A stretch of DNA of 60,481 bases from Ancylonema sp. (Eukaryota): the NCBI GenBank assembly GCA_050230475.1, contig JBFLGF010000033.1, positions 62,001 to 122,481 of the forward strand, read 5' to 3'. The notes beneath the pieces are model-generated. The model did no database searches, had not been told where the DNA came from, and saw only the letters and a list, made by a program, of their open reading frames with translations. This document shows, piece by piece, positions 25,794 through 43,217 of the stretch. A program made the translations under genes and the position numbers. The stretch's first letter is position 1, and every line of letters starts with the position of its first letter.

Positions 25794-28700
25794 ATGGAGT
25801 ACACTCCGTCTGGCCGACTTAAAAAGAAAGGCCGTGTGCCACTTCGAAAACTTGCGCAGTGTGCCTCGATCGCTGCTGGCGTGCAGTTCGGGTGGGCGTT
25901 GCAGCTGTCGTTGCTTACGCCCTACGTCCAGGAGCTGGGGATCCCTCACGCCTGGGCATCTTTAATATGGCTTTGTGGGCCCATCTCTGGGATGATTGTG
26001 CAGGTACGTCCAAATTCTATTCTCCAGGTTTTCAAGCGCGAGCAGCCCTGCCTGCCCATCTCACGGAACGAAAATTCTCAAATATTCTTGCTGAAAATAC
26101 ATGTATCTGCATGTACAAAAATCAAAAGTTTGATATAAACCTGATCCAAACGAACCCGCAAACACCAAACCAGCTTCTGGAGGGTCCTGTTTCTGTTCCT
26201 GTTGTTCATCGGGCTATTGGTCCCTCTCAACTCTGTTTCCCCTCATTTTCTTCCCAGCCCATCGTCGGCCATTACAGCGACAACTGCACCAGCATATATG
26301 GGCGGCGCAGGCCATTCATTGTCGTGGGCGCTGTCCTAGTCTCTGTAGGAGTCCTCATCATCGGATTCTCAGCGGACATCGGGTTTTTGCTGGGGGACAG
26401 GGCTTCTTTCAAGCCTTGGGCCATCGGAATTTTCATTCTTGGCTTCTGGTGAGGATTTCCGTCCGTAATCATCTGAAAAGCGCGTCAGAAAACGGGTTCG
26501 GATGGTGGCCCATTGCTGCGCACCAATGCCTCACCCTCAGTCTTAACCCTTAGTCTAGTAGAGACAGTCCCAGAGTAGAGGTTGTGAAGGAAGCAGCAAA
26601 CGATTTGAGTCGTACTTCCGATGCTGCAGGGTTTTGGATCTCGCCAACAATACTCTGCAAGGCCCTTGCCGAGCCCTCATGGCTGACTTCACCGGTATGG
26701 CCCCCAAGCTTCATCAATGACTCGCCCCTCCACCTGTCCTAAGTGTAGAGTACCGAGTACTGTTCTCTCAGAGCACTCCATGCTAAATTCCAAGCATTCC
26801 AAATATTTTAAAAAAGAGGCAAAAAAAAAGCAAAAATAAGGGTCCAGGCCACGAGTGTAGCCTTGGCACATGATCACCTTTTGGGGGCGGATGAGCAGGG
26901 CGGGATTCCAAGCGCACCCGCAGAGCGAACTCATACTTTTCTGCATTCATGGCCATCGGAAACGTGCTGGGGTTTGCCACGGGGTCGTACGGCGGGTGGT
27001 ACAAAATCTTTGGCTTCACTCTCACCGCCGGCTGCGACGTGGCGTGTGCCAACCTCAAGACTGCGTTCCTTCTCGGTATCTTCCTGCTGGCGCTCACCAC
27101 CTTCGCCAGCGTGACTGCTGCCAAGGAGAAGCAATGGGTGCCGGAGGGGCAGCTGCCCACAAGGTGAGACTGGAGGAGGTGTGTACACCACGGATGTGGT
27201 GTGCACATGCGAAGACAGCAATGGGGCGACAATCACATTCCGCTCACAGTGGATGGAAGGCAATGCAGTCGGCATGCATGCCAGGGTCGGTTCACGAAAG
27301 GCGTTCAACGTACACAGCCTCACCTCACACTCACCATTCGCTCACTGCCACCTGTCAGTGTGAGCAGACCCTGGGTAGTGCTCGCCAGCACTCACTCCCC
27401 ATCCTCCCATGCATGCAGCACCACGCCTCTGCTAGACGGAGCAGGACCCCCCCCTCCCCCCAAGAAGAAAGGCTGTATTGATGAGAACGAGGTGTCTGCC
27501 CCCGAGCCTGAGCCAGAGGAGGTTGGAGGTGGGGGGGACGAGACAGACGAGGACAACGACAGTGACGAAGAGGAGGAGGAGGACGAGGAAACAAAGTGGG
27601 TGCTCTGGGAGCTTCTGGGAGCGCTACGCGAGCTCCCCTCCACTATGTGGTTCGTTCTTCTGGTCACTGCCTTCACGTGGCTGGCCTGGTTCCCTTTCCT
27701 GCTGTTCGACACGGACTGGATGGGGCGGGAGGTGTACCGGGGAGCCGCGGATGGAGGCACGAGGGAAGTGAACCAGTACTACTCGGGCGTGCACGTGGGG
27801 GCACTCGGCCTAATGTTCAAGTCCGTTGTCCTGGGTCTCACCTCGCTGGCGGTGGAGCCGCTCTGCCAGCGTCTGGGGTCGCGAATCGTGTGGGCCGTGT
27901 CCAACTTCATTCTGGCGGCCTGTCTGCTGGCCACATACTTTGTGGGCTCTTGGAAGGGGAAGATGAGCGGGGACCCGCTCGCTCCTCCCTTGGCTGTGTA
28001 CTGCGGAGCGATCGCAATCTTTGCAGTGCTGGGCGTCCCGCTGGCGGTCAGTCAGGGGTCGAATGCATTATGGTGGTGCGGGCGAGGGGGGGGGCATATT
28101 TGTGCAATCTGCCCCGGAAAGTCTGAAGCGCTGAGTGTGTTGTAGTGAGTTGCCAAAGGGTTGGAGGGGAGGCCTGGATCGGGCCCACCTGTAGAGGAAG
28201 TTACAGATACAGATAGAGATAGAGATAGAGATACAGGTAGAGAGGCAGGGGAGTCGGGGTGGTGGTACAATTTAGCAGGGGTGCATGCTGTCTGAAGCTT
28301 GTCTCTTGTTCTGAAATGGTGGAAAATGGTGAAAGAACACGGGTGAAGGTGAAGGGTGAATGCTACTTATGTGTAGTGTGGGTCTTAGAGCATCCCTCAT
28401 CCTCTCCACATCTCTGCTCTCTGCTGTCTGTCCAGGTGACGTACAGCGTGCCATACTCGCTCACAGCGACCTACACCAGCCAGAAGGGGGGTGGTCAAGG
28501 TTGGGTGGGGGGGGCAGGTGTGGACAGGGCTTGTAACTAGCAGAGCTGACAGGTGGCAGTGGATGGTGGTGCAGGCCTGTCCATGGGAGTCCTCAACCTA
28601 GCGGTGGTGCTGCCCCAGGTAACACCTCCCCCCCCCGAACTCGCCTAGCAATCATCTGCCACGTTAGTGCGCGCCTCTTCTCTTCTCTCTTCTCCTTACC

Positions 28701-28938
28701 CGATGCACGTGTCGGCACTGAGCCCGCCACCTGTCCCTTCCAGGTGGTGGTGTCCGTTGCCAGCGGTCCTTGGGACGCTCTCTTCGGGGGCGGGAATGTG
28801 CCCGCGTTCATGGCCGCAGCAGCGTTAGCCGCCGTAGGAGGTGCTGCGGCTCTCATAGTGTTGCCCAAACTCCCCCCCAACCCCCTTCAAGGACGCCGCC
28901 CAAAGCTGCAACGCACAATGAGCTCGCCATGCCCCTAG
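25794..28938 (+). CDS. SUT: Sucrose/H+ symporter (SUT/SUC family, MFS)
   Basis: [122 protein letters not shown]; stop at 28938. Confidence 0.96.
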
Positions 28939-29119
28939 GCCGGGGCAGGGGACAGGGGGCAGGCGTTATCTGAGGTGGGGCGTGGTGGCCACCCTCTGGC
29001 TCCTTGCAACATTGTATATGTGAAGGCAGTTGCGCAGAAGGTGCTGCAAAAATGGGGGGGGGGGGTGGGGGGGCATGTGCGTGTGCAATGTGGAAGCAAC
29101 GGGACATGCTTCGACCCNA

Positions 29120-29194
29120 CTCACAGATATCGCTCACAGATATCGCTCACAGATATCGCTCACAGATATCGCTCACAGATATCGCTCACAGATA
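29120..29194. repeat. 13-bp tandem array (CTCACAGATATCG) x ~6 directly after an ambiguous base
   Basis: The array is directly visible. An N at 29118 suggests a contig or scaffold join. Confidence 0.95.
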
Positions 29195-30571
29195 TTTTGC
29201 GTCGTGGGGAAATGCATCTATCATCATATTTGGAACGACTTGCATCACCAGTTCACTTGGTCAGACGGAGCCCAAAGTGGACCTCCATGTCAAGAGTGGA
29301 CTGTCGCTTTGACTTCCCCAAAAGTCTCAGCCCACGGCTGTCGACAGTGCGCTGTGCGTGCGACAATCTTAAACACTCAATTCGACCAATAGCGAGTCTC
29401 TAATATCGCCTGTCCGCCAGGCGGTGCAAGTCGGTGTCAGATAGATGCGAGATTGTCATTTTGTGCTTCAGACGGTTTGAAAGTTGGTTGTTGAAGTCTT
29501 TGACGGCACATCCTTTGACGGTCACGTCCTTTTACCTGTTGTGTTTATAACGAACGAAAGCTCTCACGTGCTCACCGTTCGACGAGCAACGAGCGATGTG
29601 GACAGAGGACACATGTCAGCGTGACCGGCTGCCGTTTTCACATCACATCTGTACGTCATGTCCGTGCGCGCGCGTGAATGGGGGATTCGGGGTTAGGAAT
29701 TCTCTCCTGACCCCGCCAAGAATCACAGGAAAGCATCACAGATGAGAATGACACCAGCTACTAGAGCGTATTGCGATACTGCCACAGTGACTAAAGCAAT
29801 CTCGGACATGATCGAAGGGAAATGGCATTCAAGCTTCTGCCTTCACGCACCTCTGTGTAGGAGGAAGTATGCACTGTCTTTGTTGCCGTTCCATTATAAT
29901 TTGTTTTGGAATTCGAAGATTTCCCTAGTCACTTGGAGTGGTGTGGTACACGTCAAAGTACGAAACAGGCTCATTTCCAAAAAGAACGATAAAGCAGAGG
30001 CATGCAGACAAAGGGATACTCTTCTCACTCGATTGAATTTCTGTGACTGGACCATATGAATACAGCCGTCTGTAAGGTTCTGTCGCATTGCCCCCCCGCA
30101 ACAAGAGCTTCTTTGACAATCTGCGGCACGAGTACCGGCGATAACAGTCTTGGCAATAATAGTGACGATAGGTGAGTGGATGACAGTAGTCTGAAGCTTT
30201 ACACAACCGTGAATGCACGAAGCTCGAGCAGATAGTGTGCCGAAAATGTCGTCTTCCGATTGGCGTATCATAACACAAATGGATGAGAATGCAGAGTATA
30301 CAAATCCTGTGAATGTCCATAAAAACGGAGTTTGAGATGGGGGTAACCGTGTGTGCACATCCCTTGGTATTTGCACCTGGCTTCATCGAAAGGATTGTGT
30401 GCTGCTGATCGTCGATCTCCTCCACGATTCCTCACGTGTGTGAGCAGCCATCACATGTCTCTTTCAACATCATTCCGTTCGTTGGCGAACATCGTTGCCA
30501 ACATCAGTTTTCTCTCCTCTGCTATCCACAAGAATATCACACAAAACATACTGAACGAAACCAAAAGAACA

Positions 30572-32435
30572 GCCAGCAGCCACAGAGCCTCCAGTGACAC
30601 CTTTCCCTTCCTTCGACCACAGAGCCTCTCTCCCCACACCCGGGGCCCCCGGTTCCCTTTCCCGGAAATCTGTCCCACCACGGTTATCATCCGCGACCTC
30701 AGGCGCCGGTTCACCAGAGCCCAACGCCACCCGGTTTTCTTACGCAAAGTTCCGCGATGAACTGGTTAACCGCACAGCAGAGGCGGAGGTACCCAGGCTA
30801 ACGCAAGAGGAGTCAGGGAAGCACTCACCCGTCCACACTACCCTTCAGGAACGTGCGCGCGCTTTCTTGGAAACGGGAGAGCTGGGGAGTGATGCGAGAA
30901 GTAGGTTGCACACTGAGCACTGAGTGGAGTGGAGGGAGGGTGACTGACCGAGTCTCGCCATCCCCCCCCCATCCCTGTCCTATCTCACAGAAGCTGAAAT
31001 CGCAGCCGCTTGTCCCCCATCCCCTGCCACTGCGGCCCCTCCTTCCACCGACCAGAGACAGCTGGCGGAAGACACGGAGGTTTGGGAAAGGAAAGAAGAC
31101 GCCCAATTCCCCAGCACACGCTCTGACAGGCTGTTTGTGGGTTGCCGAATTTGGGAATACGGGTATTTGCCTTCGGGGGACAGAGAGAAGAGCGGGCAAC
31201 AGAACGGGAATCCTTCAAAGAAATGGAGCGAGAACTCCTGAAGCTCCGCCGGACAGTGGTAAGGGGGAGGCACAGGTGCAGGCTGGGGGGGCTGGAGGGG
31301 TTGGCCACGCGGGGTTGGGTGGGTGGAATCTGATGCCCTCGGGTGGGGTTCAGGAAATTCGAGAGACCGAGATGGGAGCCATCGTGCAGGAGCTGGAGGA
31401 GGCCAGGGTGAGGTGACAGCTGGCAGGCGGGTCAGGGGGAGACAGGTGGCAGTGGGAGGGAAGCTAACAGATGGGGAAGGGGGCGCAGGCTCAGTGGGCT
31501 CTGACGCGGAGCAGGAGTGTGGCTCAAGTGCAGCATGCGCAGCAGCGGATGGAAGAAAAGGAGATGAAGCTCAGAGCGGTGGAGCACACGCTGAGCAAGC
31601 TGAGCGAGCTGAAGCAGGTACTGCAGCAGCCCGAGCAGAAGAGTAGCCGAGGAGCCGAGTAGGGGTTCGAGTGATGAGTTTGGGGGGGGGGGCGGGACAG
31701 GTGCGAGTGGAGTTCTGGGGGGGTGGGTCGGTGGTACAGCTGGCAGGGTCCTTCAACGGGTGGCAGCACTTCATCGACATGGCACCAGATGTCACTTCTG
31801 CAGTCGCCAGGGAAAATGGGATACGGTACTGCCTTGTCCAGCTGTCAGCTGTCAGCTGTCAGCTGATCATAGGATCAGCTATAGGATGATGTGGATGGGT
31901 TGTTGGCACCAGATCCTCTGATGGGGATGGGGGACAGCAGGAGGATAGTTTGATGAGTGTTGTCGTCATTTGACGTATGCATTTCTTCTTTTCGTGTGTG
32001 GTGTGGGTGGCAGGGGCCCCTCACTGTGGTGTGCCGATGTGTTTCTTTACCCAGGAGAGTATCAGGTGACACTCTGCTGACGTGGCAGTTCATCATTGGT
32101 CAGGGTTGATGACATTGAGCAAGTCAAGGCAATGGTGTCACATGATGATGTCAGCATTGCAATTCACAGCAAAAACAAGTCCGTTTCGACACCCCTCTAA
32201 ATATCGATGTGGGGGTGGAGGGCAGGTGAAGTTTTTAGTGGACGGCCGATGGACGGCCGATCCGCGTCGATCAGTGCTGTCCGCAGATGTCGTTTCGAAT
32301 GACCGTCTCAAGCTGCCTCCTCTAGAGGTGTCCGCAGAGAGGGGACTCGATCCCTCGGCATTGCAGGCCGTACCTGACGTAGGTCTTTACCCACTGACAG
32401 TCCCGATTGGGTTGGAGGGTCCGAGGAGGCAGTAA
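30572..32435 (+). CDS. PTST3: PROTEIN TARGETING TO STARCH 3-like (coiled-coil + CBM48); 5' exons uncertain, possibly starting near 29742
   Basis: LQERARAFLETGEL; coiled-coil exons; CBM48 reads VRVEFWGGGSVVQLAGSFNGWQHFIDM...GPSLWCADVFLYPGEYQVKFLVDGRWTADP. The insert between GSFNGW and LYPG resembles PTST3 more than PTST1/2. Confidence 0.75.
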
Positions 32436-33589
32436 ATGGCAGTCGCTTTCGTTTTATGATATGCTTCTTTTCCACTCATCTATGTCTCTTTACTTCGATC
32501 GTGTTCAAGGAGAATAGTCTTTGTGTCGGGGTATTTTTAAAATAGTCAATGGTGTCGTCACTGTACATTGTCTTCGTGTTTAGGTAGTCATAGGTGTCGT
32601 GCTCAGGCATGGCCACAAAGGAATGGTGCGCTCCTCCTTCAATCGCATAGCATGGTGGTTGTGGTCGTGCTCATCACCAACAACACAACACACATCACAC
32701 AACACACATGCGTATGTGGAGTGCCCCGTTTGACTTGCTCGTCACCTGTAGCACACACGCGTATGTGGAGTATCCCATTTGATTTGGACACAAAGTTTGT
32801 GTGACCTGCCGCTGTGAGTAGCACAATAATTGGGGTAGCCGTTGAGAACATTACGTTGCAATGACCCAACTAGAAATATATATTTCGGTCCATAGTGACA
32901 TCTTGCATTTGTTGTATAGAAGATCCAAATGGGATTGTGTCACGCAACATACAACAGTGTGTTATCGCCAAATGGGTTTACGCATGAAAGCTAACCCAAA
33001 CATTGGGTAGCTAGATGCCCTCTTTGAAGGAGCACATTCGATGTGGTTGTCTCATCGCTAGTTCAGAACGGGGAGGTGACATTCCCAAATGAATTAATAT
33101 TATGCCGAAATAGAATAATACACAGCCCGACCTCACAACAAGTTTTTAAAAAACGATTTACATTGTGTGACGGTAGATTGAAGGTGAGATAATAGAGACG
33201 TGGAGCGATGCGGATTGAACGCATTCTTTTGACATGACACGAGCTTCAAAGATCCGGATATGGACAATCAATGCTCGCATATAACTCTGCCTACAACTCT
33301 ATACCTCGACAATATTGCACAATTGCACCGGAACGGTTTGCGCAGAGGGAGTCATTAGTGGCCTGTTTTGGATGTACGCGGCATTATCTGAGTGCAACTT
33401 TCTCAACTTAAAACGCTATCACGACATCCCGAAACCACCCCCCAACTCTACAACAACCCCCATTTTTTCCAATTTTCCCGAATTTCCCCGAACCTGTCTG
33501 CCGTTTCACGTAAATTAAAACTTGGAGTGGACCTCGACATAATCAACGGCAACACCACGCCACCCTGTGCGATTTCTCCCGCAATCTCC

Positions 33590-36500
33590 TCATCCGGCTA
33601 ACACGCCCGCCAGACATTCCGCTTTTCCTCTCACATGAATGGTGTACACGAGGCGGATAGCATCTACCCACCCATCCATGCTGTCCCAATCGTCTGCAAT
33701 CTGCGTAGGGCACGTCACTGAGTCTCGGATTAATTTTCATTGGTTTAATTACTTTGAAAAGTGTGGGGATGAAAAGACGCAAACCGACAAGGCTCTTAGC
33801 ACACTTGAATGAAAAATAACATTCTTTCCAACAACTATCCGATAAATTAGAAAGTTATCAAAGACAGAATGTAAAAATATGTTGAACCAAACAAATAAGA
33901 TATGCATTTGGAATAGCGTTTTCCATCCCACGTGGTTACTACAATTGGCAGAAACTGAAGAACCATGACAAGATGACTCTAGACAAAAAAAAAAAAAAAA
34001 AAAAAAAAAGAGGATAAAAATCAAGCAAACTCGAAATGAAGTTTATCTTCCAAGCATCATTCACACAACGTTAGCGTTCTCCACAGGAATACTCGCATCA
34101 CTGACCATATAAAACGGCCCATTCGTTGTTTCCAGCACCATCCCCGCCCCCTCCGGCAAACTCATGTCCCCACACGCCTCGATCGCCAGCACTTGACTCA
34201 TGTCGAAACGGAAGTGTGTGTCCGACACTGCCGCAGGTACAGCTGTCGCCTCCGCATTCACCGACATGCTCTGCCTCCTCGCCAGCATCGACTTCTCATC
34301 CGCCACCTTCTCTGGCGCGCTTTTGGCCGCGGCGAGTGGCGGTCCCCTCTTCATCGCTGCGTGTCTGGTGTACTTCGCCTCCGGCTTCTCTCTCTGGTAG
34401 ATGGCTTCCTGGTCCAGGGCCACCCACACGCTCTTCCATTCGGAGTGGGGGAAGAGGGAGTTTCCGTGCGGGGCGACACTCAACCAGCCGCCCTTCAGGT
34501 ATGGCAGAGGGAGCTGCAGGGGGGGCGTCCAGACTTGAATACAAGCACCCACCCGGCTCTGCCATTCTGCCATTCTGCCATTCTGCCATGGTTTTGCTCT
34601 GGTTGGTTCGGGGGTGGTTTTGTATTTTGCCATCATACAGTCATTCGAGTGAGGTTGGGGGACGCACCATGGTCCGGACCAATCGAAGGGCGTTTCTGTA
34701 CACCTGGCACGTATGCACATGGACACACAAAGTTGTCTTAGGCTTACGTGTTGTTTAGGGGTTGAAACCATGTCGTAGATATATGATGTTGTTCATATGC
34801 AATTGGCTCCAAAGTGATGGACAAAAAAGAGCGATCAGTTGGCAGTTCGCTTATCACTCACTGTTGGGCTCAAGTAGAATCTGTAGAGATTGATAGGGAT
34901 GAAAACAGGCAGCCCCCTCAAAAATTACAACTAGCCTGACGTCCTGAAGGCCACATACGTCATCATTCGCTACTCATCACTATAGCCGAACAGAGCACCG
35001 CCCCTTTGGTCACAACAACACCCCTAACACAAGAGGAAGATTTGAAGGAGAAAATGGAGAAGAGAATCAACGATTCCTATCTAATTTTTTCTTATTTCCT
35101 TATCATCATCATCATCATTTTCAAAAACTTGAAGATGGTAGTAAACGTAAACATACTTCAAAAAATGGCATTTCATGGTGTTGGGGTTGCGACCCACCGG
35201 GTAGTCTGCTTTGAGTGCGTGTGCCGCCGCAATGTAGACGGCCGATTGGGAGTAGAGGCCATCGGAGGGGTGGTCCCTCCCCTCCACCCTCTGCACGCCC
35301 TTCAGCGTGTCCTCCGCCAACCCGTACTGCGAACAGGCACACAAATCAGCAGAGGGAAAGAAACAAAACACCAAAAAAAAACAGCAAACATAAAAGGGGA
35401 TGAGGAGTCTAGAGGCATTTCATAATGAGAGGTCCCCAGGCTGCCACCTGTCCCCCCCCCCCCCACCTCTTTCCAGAGCTCCTCTGCCTGTAGCGTTCTC
35501 CCGCGAATCTTCGCCCGATCTGAAATGGCGATGGCCCAATTGTAGAAGGCCTGCAGGGGCACACGTGGCGCAGTGAGGGGAGGGGGCCCTCCTCTGACGC
35601 GCGCCACCTCACCTCGTGGAGCGTGGGGCACTGCTGCGTGGCGCCCGCATACTTGCGGCATGCGTCCTCCAGGAGGCGGTCCTTCTGAGTCTCGCCCGTG
35701 TCAGCAGAGCAGTTGTCGGCGCTCTCCTGCAAGGTAGGTGGCGAATCCGATACTGCGTTGGTATGCGATAGAGGAGGCGTCGCGATGGAGGGTGTGGGGC
35801 GACCTGCAGGACCAGGGCCCAGTTGTAGAGCGCGTCATAGTCATCCGGATTGCGATCCACAGCTGTCTGATACCTGGCGGACCAACATGGGGAAGGGTGG
35901 AGGGAGTTGGGATTGTGGATGTCTAGGTGGCGACTTGTGTTTTGTGTTTTGCGTTTTGCCAGTCGATGCAGTGGATGCATGGGTGCCAAAAATAGCGTGA
36001 CATGCAGCATGATCTGCCATGCTTGATCTGAGATATTGTTCTCAGAAAGAAAAATGGAATGATGGAGATTGTCATTACTCTGTTGGCATCACACCTGTGA
36101 GACAACCCTCTGTCCGTTTTCTTTGCCTCTGTGTGTCGGCATTGTCCAGAAGAGTGACAAACAGCTCGAGTTCCAACATGAGAACAGACGTTTTTCCGAG
36201 TGTTGGAGATCGATTGTCCCACCGTTTCGCTGCGAAGGCCAAAATCCTGTGCCTTGATCGCCCCTCTTCTTCTCCGGTCGCGATGCTGTACAGCACATCG
36301 CCCACGATGCTTCCGCCAATCACGGATTGATTATTCCCTCCGTTCCTGCGCCAAACAGGACAGCCTACCGTAATGAATGCAGAGCAGTTCCTGGTGCCAC
36401 AGAACTATCATGATCAAGTCTTGGCGTGGCACCCCTCGTATGGGAAAGAGATTCCCTGAGTTTGGAGCTATCAAGTGGGGCAGGTGGGTAAAATGCTGAT

Positions 36501-36967
36501 ACACAGAAGGAATTCTAGGACCAGGTCACAGAATTAGCCCAGCCCAACAAGCTCCCTCGCCTCTGCTCTACTGTGCACTGTACTGTTGGCAATAGCCTCA
36601 CTGTTCGAATGTATTCCCCAGCGGTCACATCTGACAGTCAGGTATGCTACTATCTTCCAAACCGCTGTTACTTACATGGATAAGGCGATATTATAGGTCC
36701 AGAACTCTCCCTATGGCCGGTCGATATCTTAAGGCATATAACACCAATGCCTGTGCCGGATGTGCGCTCACACCACTACGCTTACCGATCTGGTGTGCTA
36801 ATCTCGGTGGGCGCAGGAGTCTCTTTCGCCCCCTCATCGCCTTCGCGGATGCTTTTCAGCTCGTCATGCCTCCCCGCATCACCGCTATCATTGTTTTGGA
36901 CTTCGGTTACCACGCTGCCATCGGACACATCAGCTTCCTGGCTGGCATTAGTTGCTGCGTCTGTCAT
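33590..36967 (-). CDS. HLB1: HLB1-like TPR and PH-like domain protein
   Basis: [12 protein letters not shown] / [23 protein letters not shown] / [19 protein letters not shown] / [19 protein letters not shown] / [20 protein letters not shown] / [19 protein letters not shown] / [24 protein letters not shown]. Confidence 0.9.
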
Positions 36968-38023
36968 ACCTTTCGAATTTCCGAATTTCTGAATTTCTTG
37001 TCCTCGTGCCGGAAGTAGATAAAATGATGCTACTTCAGGTCGCCGTGCTACCATACAAGGCAATGCAAACAATACTTACTCCGGTGCGCTCAAAGTCTCG
37101 CATTGCTCACATTGGGGCCCCTCGGTCAAAGTCCATTCAGTTTTGCAAAATGAAGTTGGACGTGAGGTTGGACCTCCCGCCACCCGTGTCCAGGTCAGTA
37201 CTTAGCATTGTGGCCATACCCCAGCCGCAGCAGTGGACGAGCCCCCAGCCGCGATTGGCTACACCACTGACCCCTTCCTAAAATTTAGTGTGGTGCATGG
37301 TGTAGCTGGGACATTTTGGTGATTTTGGTCCAGTGGTTGCGATGGAGCACGTATCTTCCGACTGAATCGTGACCATTGGATAGAAATCTAGTGCGCAGAC
37401 ACACTTCAATAAGAGTAAGAGTATTGTGATAGGTCAGACTTGTTGAACTTGAGTGAGGTACACATGTTGCGCAATAGGACACACATAATTTTGGAACTCG
37501 TATGATTCCTCGTATCTTCTCTTTGAACGCAACAACACTACACGCCAAGATGACTCCAATCGGCGTCATTCAATCCATGCATAAGTGTAGAGAGCAATTG
37601 TCCTGCGTGCAAACTTCTTCTCTCTAGATCGGAGAAAAGACAGTTGTTTACCAATTAGTATATTCGCATTGTCACTAGCAATCCAAGTCTACGAGACATA
37701 CCATGCCATGACGTGATCAAAAATTAAACTAGGGTTGCACGTTGTGCTTCCAAAAAATCATCAACCATGAAGCCCCACAGACTGGACCATGCTCAAAGTG
37801 AAACCATACAATCCAAGCTTGTACCTTACGCAAACGTTATGCCAAGCACAACAATTTGATTGCTGAATTGCATTGTCCTCAAAAGAAGCTATGATAAAAA
37901 TAAATGGAGTTAATGGTAGAGCGTGCCCAAAATACATGTTTTTTAATCTCGCAAATCGTTTGCATCATCATTCTCAGATCCTGCGAGGCATGTCGTAGGC
38001 GGTCTTAGGTCTTAGGTGGTGTT

Positions 38024-42196
<4,173 letters not shown>

Positions 42197-43217
42197 CTGT
42201 TGAGAGAGAGAAAGAAATGCGGATGCAGGATTGTACTGCTGAATTCCGACTCCTCTGATAGACCTCTTGTCTAAAGCAGGGATGTCGTCTCTATAGCACT
42301 ACTTGTCCCAGATTTTGAGGGACCCCAACTCTACTAAGCGAGTCACGCCACACGTGAGTGTGCTGTCTGATACAGTCCTCGCGTAATCCTCCTCTGTCAG
42401 TCGAATTCACATTCGGTAGAAGTTGGTGCCCGATGCAAAAATCCATGAAGTGGACATCAATGTGTAAAGCCAACCGCGGGCTTAATTCTATCCCAAAACT
42501 GATGAGAAGAATAATTTTTCTAATATCAGGTTGCCTTCACCCTGGTATACATCCAAGCCCCGTCCACTCATTGCAGAGGCCTCAGAGACTCAAAACCGCC
42601 CATGAGCTGCCGAAACCAGCCGAATGGGGCACAAGTGTCGTGCATTCGGTGTTACAAATGCTAGTGTCAACATCTTTTGCACATTACACTGTACACCATG
42701 TTCCAAGGATAGTCTGAGGGGCAATCTGAAGGCAAAACGGTCAGGGTAAAAAGGGTGTTTCCCTTCGGAGTAGTTTTCCCGATCAAAGGTGGGACCGGGA
42801 AAACCACTTCTCGGGACTACTTCCGTTTTGCATGTGGATTACATGAACCAATCATAGTAATACAATTCTGTAAATAAGATTTTGAGACACTACTCAAAAT
42901 TAGTTTTGGCGAATGTTAGCGCAGTATGGTCGTCACTCATTTGCACCGACTTCTACATCCTAATCATACAGATAAGGTCACCATACCCACCTGAGCTTGC
43001 TGTTGCCACTCCAGGAAAGTCCCTTCAATTAAACTTTTTCAGCCTCCATCATCGGTATGACTCACGAGTATGTTCACCAGCGTCACTAACGACGTCAGCT
43101 AAGAAAATGCAATTTTTAGACATACGCTTGCTGGGTGTGAAGCATACCGCACGTGAAGCCCGACTGCTAAGGAGTGATTGAGGGGGCCAACCTACTGGTC
43201 GTGTGGTTTGACGGTCA

